From: the human T2T-CHM13v2.0 reference genome, Homo sapiens
Length of the DNA: 64,000 bases
Direction: 5' to 3' (one strand)
Assembly: GCF_009914755.1 (NCBI RefSeq)
Contig: NC_060933.1
The notes under the pieces were generated by a model. It saw only the letters and a program-made list of their open reading frames with translations. It did not search any database and was not told where the DNA came from. Shown here piece by piece: positions 58,431-64,000 of the stretch (positions are counted from its first letter, which is position 1; each line of letters begins with the position of its first letter). The position numbers were made by a program, and so were the translations under genes.

Positions 58431-61249
58431 AGATGTTGGGTGGGGATAGCTGTGCTTTCTTCTCATTTTCTAGCATCTTGGAGCTGCAAAACATTAGCCC
58501 CCTTATGAAGGCAGTGAATGGCTGTTCACCTTTGAGTCCTCCATGCCTGGCCCAGGCACATGCTCTGTGAATGCTCAGCCTTGTGCTCTATGAGATCCTG
58601 CAGGACGGAGAGCAGGACGCCATGCTGGCTCCCCAGCCCCAGGCCAATTAAAGAGGCAGCACACACTGAACCAAGCCCCACCCACCCTCACGATCTACAG
58701 GCCTCCCTGGTCCGTGCACTGCAGCACAGCCTGGGTCAGACAGCACAGGGAAGGCACAAGGTCAGACTACCTGAAGGACTTCCCATGGCTGTGTGTGAGG
58801 TGCACAGTCCTCCACCGTGGAAGCTGCCAGCAGACCTTGGAACCCAGAGATAAATTGGCACCCAGAAGGGACGAGCCAGTGGGCAGAGCACCCCCTCTGG
58901 CTGGCAGCTCATCACGGACCTGGACAGCTCAGGAAACAGCCGAGGTGCACACGTGGATCTGATTCATCGTTATTTTACAGAAGTCCAAGAACGAGGAGGA
59001 GGCAAACGTGTGACCCACTTCTGCCGCTGATGGGGCTGGCCCTGGCAGGAACGCTATGGCAACCAGATGCACGGGCTTAATTACATCAGCCTGGTGCTTT
59101 CTCACAAAGATGAATGGGGACAGACACTTTCACCGCTCATAGTCAGAGAGGAGAACCAGGAGCCGGCTGTTTACCCGGGGAGCTCCTGTCCATAGTGCCC
59201 TCCCTGGGCAGGTGTGCCCAGGCACCTGCTAGGAGCCTGGGACAGACAGGGCCATGGGCCGGGGCTGCGCCCGACCTCCTCCTCCTCTGGCTCCCACGGG
59301 TTCCGCACCAGCTGGTCTTCTCACCATGTGACAGCTGCTTGGTCTGGCTGGGCTGGGCCAGGCCAGGCAGGTTCCCCAAGTGCTCCCCTGCCCACCTGGC
59401 CTCTGTCCAGGCACCGAGAAAGCAGAGGCTCCACATGGCAGGCGGCGGGCAGGGCGTCAGGGGAGCCCTAGGAGGGGCTCCAGGCGAGTGATGATGCCAT
59501 GATGCCATTGCTGAGTGCTCACTGACTGAGGCCTCATCTTCAGAGCGTGCCCACGACGGGGCTGCTGCTCTCTGCTCCTCCCAGAGGAGGGGACAAAATG
59601 CAGAGGAGTTAAACCAGCATAGCTGGCCCAGGGCAGGACCCAGGACCCTGGGTGCCAGGAGCTGCTCCTTCTGAGTCACAAGTCTGTGGGATCCATGGGC
59701 ACATGTGCACAGGCTTGGGGCTGGCTGTGCACATTTGACATGGCCACCTCTGTGGCAAAGTGGGTGACATTGTCTGCCTTCCACAGCGTGGCCGTGCCAG
59801 CCCGCAGGTTATTAGCTCCTGGTGAGGGCAGGGCCCCGGTGGCAGTGAGGTCGGCAGTTCCTGCTGTGCACCAGGCGCCCCTCTGGCAGTGCTCGCAGTG
59901 TGGTGTTTCCTCCGGATGACAAGCCCAGGATGAGGACAGCAGGGGACAAGGGAGGGAGGTGGAGGCCCGGCAAGGCTTCCTGGACACAACCTGCAAACTG
60001 GGCCCCAAGGCTGAGGAGGAGAGAAGGACTCTTCCTCCTTCAGGGCAGCCCAGGGCCCAGAGCAGCTCTGAGTCCAGCAGGGCTCACTGAGGATGCCAGG
60101 GGCATCTCAGATCCCCTAGAACCCTTGGCTCTCCCAGCCCTCCCATCCCTCAGTGTCCCAGGGGCACAGACAGGGGCGAGGGCAGGGAGAGAATTCGCTC
60201 ATTCTCTCAGCAGCCATTAGACAGAGACCAGCCGAGCACCTACCCTGTGTGTCTCCATCTGGTGCTGGAGAAGCAGCCAGAGACATAGGTTGCAGGACTG
60301 CTGCCTGCGCAGCCAACTTTGCCTGGGCTGACAGTGAAGGTTGCACACGGCAGTGGCTGGGGGCTGCCTTGGGCTGGGCTCACTGCCATTTACAGGAGTC
60401 CAAAAGCAATGGGTCAGTGAAGGACGTGACACAATACAGGAGTTAGAGGTGCTCGTCCCTGTGGCCATAGGCCAGGTATCCTGAGGAGGGGGTCAGGTGA
60501 CCACAGGGTGGCCAGGGCAGGTGGCAGGAGATAGCAACAGCCACACCACACCTGGAGGAGTGAGGGAGCAGCAAGCTGGACACTAGAGGGAAGGATATCC
60601 CAGGGCAGGAGCTGAGGAATGAAGGCAGGGGAGGGGAGGCAAGGGCAGCCAGGGAGGGGGGCAGGGCTCATGGAGCTCCCAGGCCACTGCATCCAGCTTT
60701 TACTTATCCTGAGACGTGGCACCACCCAGGGCCTGAAGCCTGAAGCCGTGGCCTAATCTGTAGCTTCAGGAGTCACGGTGGCAGCTGAGTGGGGTCAGAA
60801 GACTTGTTGGGAGGCCGCTGCAGCAGTAGAGAGGCACTGACGGTTCCTGAGGGGCCCTGGGGAGGTAGGGAGAAGTGAGCCCCAGAAGCCTGAGCCTAAG
60901 GGGGCACCCAATAAACTGGGAGCAGGTGTGAGAGACAGCGGGGCCAGGTGTGACTCGGGACTTGTGCTTGGTGGTGGGTGGGTGGTTTGGGCTGGCTGGT
61001 TGGTTTTTGGCCCCACTGCCTGGACGGTGTGGCTGCTGCCAGCTGCAGCAGGAGGGCTGTGGACAGCTTGGGCTGCAAGGGTGGCAGGAGTTTGGTTGGG
61101 GTGTGCCGAACTGGAGGTGTCCACCCAGCAAACAGGTGCAGGCTCTGAGAGGCTCCCAGAGCTCAGGGTGAGGCCTGGGGGGTGCTGGATATACTGCAGC
61201 CCAGCAGGTGGAGGGCCCAGGATCGATGGGGTCATTGGGGGCCCGGTGG

Positions 61250-62209
61250 TGTAGGGACCAGCCCTACGAGGCTTAGTGGGTGTTTTCCCCATGTGTGGAA
61301 ACAAGAGATTGTAAGAAATAAAGACACAAGACAAAGAGACAAAGAGAAAACAGCTGGGCCCAGGGGACCACCACCACCAAGACGCAGAGACTGGTAGTGG
61401 CCCCGAACCACTGGGCGCACTGATATTTATTGCATACAAGACAAGGGGGCAGGGTAAGGAGGGTGAATCTTCTAAGTGATTGATAAGGTCAAGCAAGTCA
61501 AGTGATCATGGGACAGGGGGCCCTTCCCTTTTAGGTAGCTGAGGCAGAGAGAGAAGGCAGCATACGTCAGCGTTTTCTTCTATGCACTATAAGAAGGATC
61601 AAAGACTTTAAGACTTTCACTATTTCTTCTACTGCTAACTACTACGAACTTTAAAGAGGAACCAGGAGTATGGGAGGAGCATGAAAGTGGACAAGGAGCG
61701 TGACCACTGAAGCACCACAGGGAGGGGGTTAGGCCTCCGGATGACTGCGGGCAAGCCTGGATAATATCCAACCTCCCACAGGAAGCTGGTGGAGCAGAGC
61801 GTTCCCTGACTCCTCCGAGGAAAGGAGACTCCCTTTCACGGTCGGCTAAGTAACAGGTGCCTTCCCAGACACTGGCATTACCGCTTGACCAAGGAGCCCT
61901 CAAGTGGTCCTTATATGGGCATGACAGAGGGCTCATCTCTTGCCTTCCAGGTCACTTCTCACAATGTCCCTTCAGACCTGATGCTATACCCACCGATTAT
62001 CCCTAGGTTATATTTGTAATGTAACAAAGAGTAATATTAAAAGCTAAATGATTAATAATGTTTATCCTAATGATTGATAATTGTCCATGATCATCTCTAT
62101 ATCTAATTTGTATTATGACTGTTCTTATTCTAACTATTTTCTTTGTTATACTGAAACAGTTTGTGCCTTCAGTCTCTTGCCTCGGCACCTAGGTAATCCT
62201 TTGCCCACA
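61250..62209 (-). mobile_element. ERVK-class solo LTR, LTR13A-like, 960 bp, 6-bp TSD
   Basis: Minus strand starts TGTGGGCAAAGGATTACCTAGGTGCCGAGGCAAGAGACTGAAGGCACAAACTGTTTCAGTAT; ends CCCTACA; AATAAA on minus (61426-61431); TSD CGGTGG (61244-61249) / TGGTGG (62210-62215). Confidence 0.88.
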
Positions 62210-62269
62210 TGGTGGGTCCAGGCTGCTCTCGAGGCACCCACTGTTAGAGATGGGGAAGGAAAGGGCTGG

Positions 62270-62760
62270 ATGTGCTTCCTGGGGCTGCTGTAAAAGTTAC
62301 CACAAACTGAACACTGCGCAGACTTACCACCTGACACTCATGCAGGTCAGAGGTCCAACATCTCTCGCCTGGCTGAAGTCAAGGTCTGGACAGGGCTGGT
62401 CCCTCTGGACACTCTAGGGAGAGCCCGTTTCCTTGCCTTTTCCAGCTTCTAGAGGTCATGCACTCCTTGGCTCCAAGCCCCTCCTCCATCTTCAAAGCTG
62501 AGATGTCGCATCTCTCGGTGCTTCCTGCAGCCGCATCTCCCCCGGCTCTCTCCTGTGCCTCCTCCACTCTTAAGGACCCTGTGACTGCATGGGACCCACC
62601 TGTGGAATCCCAGATAATCCTCCTAGCCTATGGTCAGCTGATTAGCAACTTTAATTCCAACTACAACTGTCATCCCCGTGGCCGTGCAGCTGAGCACATC
62701 CGTGGTGCTGGGGACTGGGATGTGGGCATCTTGGGGCTGTTCTTCCCCTACTGCAAAGGG
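62270..62760 (-). mobile_element. MaLR LTR (MLT1D-like)
   Basis: ctctagggagagcccgtttccttgccttttccagcttctagagg...cctccatcttcaaagc...ggtcagctgattagcaactttaattcca. Confidence 0.8.
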
Positions 62761-64000
62761 TGATAAGCTATGGGGCGTGCATGGCCCAAGTCCCAGCCTC
62801 CTGGAGCTCAGAGGGCCGGGGGAGATGAGGCTTGAACAGGGCCACACACATCAGTGTGGGATGGGCACTATGATGGCAGAGACCAGCACCGCTAGAGAGG
62901 ACACCGGAGGCCCAGAGCCTCTCCAGGGAGCTGCCGCTGGAGCTCACAGTAAGGCAGGAGGGCGAAGGTCACGCCAAGAGTGGGCACAGCTCAGTGACCC
63001 TATGCGTTGTGATTTGCAAGCCATGGAGGAAGTCCCTGTTTTCCCAGCTGCAGTTGCCAGCAATGTGACCCCCAAATTGCATGGCCAGCCAGGCCTCTTC
63101 CCCGAGCTCTAGACCTGCCTGGGACCAGTGACCGAGCATGCCAGCACCTGATGCCGTCCTGCCCTCAGCTCTGCCTTCCTCCACCCCATGCTCCCTCCAT
63201 GAGATTCCACTGCGTGATGGGCTCTTCCAGCCACCATAGTACCCAAGCCACAGGGACCAGATTCATCAGTGTCTTTACTTCTCCTCCTCCTCACACTGGG
63301 CCATCCCAGCTGCAAAGGCAACCTTGAATCCCCCAGCCTCCAGGCCGCCCTCATCCCATCCTCACCATCTCAGCACTGGGATCTTTGCTCCGGGATCCCC
63401 CCCAAATCCATCTTCCAAAGTGCAGCCAAAGACCTCCCGTCCCCCAGGCCTTGGCCTGGCCTCCCTGCCTGAGCCTCCTCAGCCTCCTCAGCACCAGCTC
63501 TGCCCCTGCTGACCACAGCTCAGATGGGCTGATTTCCTTCTGTTACTTCAGTGCTCTGGGGTTGCTTTTCCCTCTGGCCTGTGGTGTCCCTTCAATGAGT
63601 AAGGGAGCAAGACTTGCTCCTCCCTCTGGTCTTGACTTGTGTGCCTCTTCTTCCAGGAAGCCTTCCTTGACTCCTACAACCACTGCAGCCCAGATGTGGC
63701 ACAAGCAGGGCTCAGGGGGGTGTAAGCAAGAAAATAAATTTGTATCTTTTAAAGAGCTGATGGTCCCTTTAAAATTCAGTGTGAAATTTCTTCTTCCACC
63801 CCAAATGAACCCTCAGGCTAGTCTGTGACTTCCTGTCATTCTTAGGTAATGAGACCCACCTTTCCCTACCTTGTTCAAAGAGAGCCTCGATAGTAAAAAT
63901 AGCTTTGATTTAGCATTAAATTAAATTAAAGTGTTAAACACGGATTTAACATTAAATGTTTCTCCTCCCCCCAACTTGGGGGCTGGTCTACGGGCACAGC

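Overview
Mammalian (human-type, Alu-containing) genomic DNA. Bases 1-33 kb are the 3' part of the neuronal gene OLFM1 (olfactomedin-1/noelin/pancortin) on the + strand. The first (A/B) exons and promoters lie upstream of the window. Present are two M exons (192-341, 5929-6084), the alternative short terminal exon Y (from 9241, Gly-stop) and three Z exons (9746-9965, 18209-18315, 31254-31928, ending ...IRSDEL*), with poly(A) signals at 9546/9635 (Y) and 32911 (Z). Bases 33-64 kb contain no gene I can recognise, only Alu, MIR, L1/L2, MaLR fragments, ERV solo LTRs (MER51-like, LTR13A-like, one unassigned ERV1) and microsatellites. Almost all other ORFs in the track are GC-rich or repeat-derived noise. 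There is no CRISPR array, RNA gene or prokaryotic system. The most unusual observations are cis-regulatory: (1) a 1.6-kb 20/21-bp VNTR directly abutting the last-exon acceptor, whose unit looks like an amplified branch-point sequence and which is open in frame with the olfactomedin domain; (2) two perfect REST/RE1 half-sites in a divergent (flipped) arrangement at 10036-10056; (3) a cluster of RBFOX UGCAUG motifs around the Y/Z last-exon switch, one overlapping the upstream 5' splice site; (4) a 1.7-kb near-pure pyrimidine tract starting about 11 nt after that donor. These are hypotheses from sequence inspection; I cannot tell whether they have already been described. Repeat family names come from recalled consensus sequences and need RepeatMasker/Dfam confirmation.
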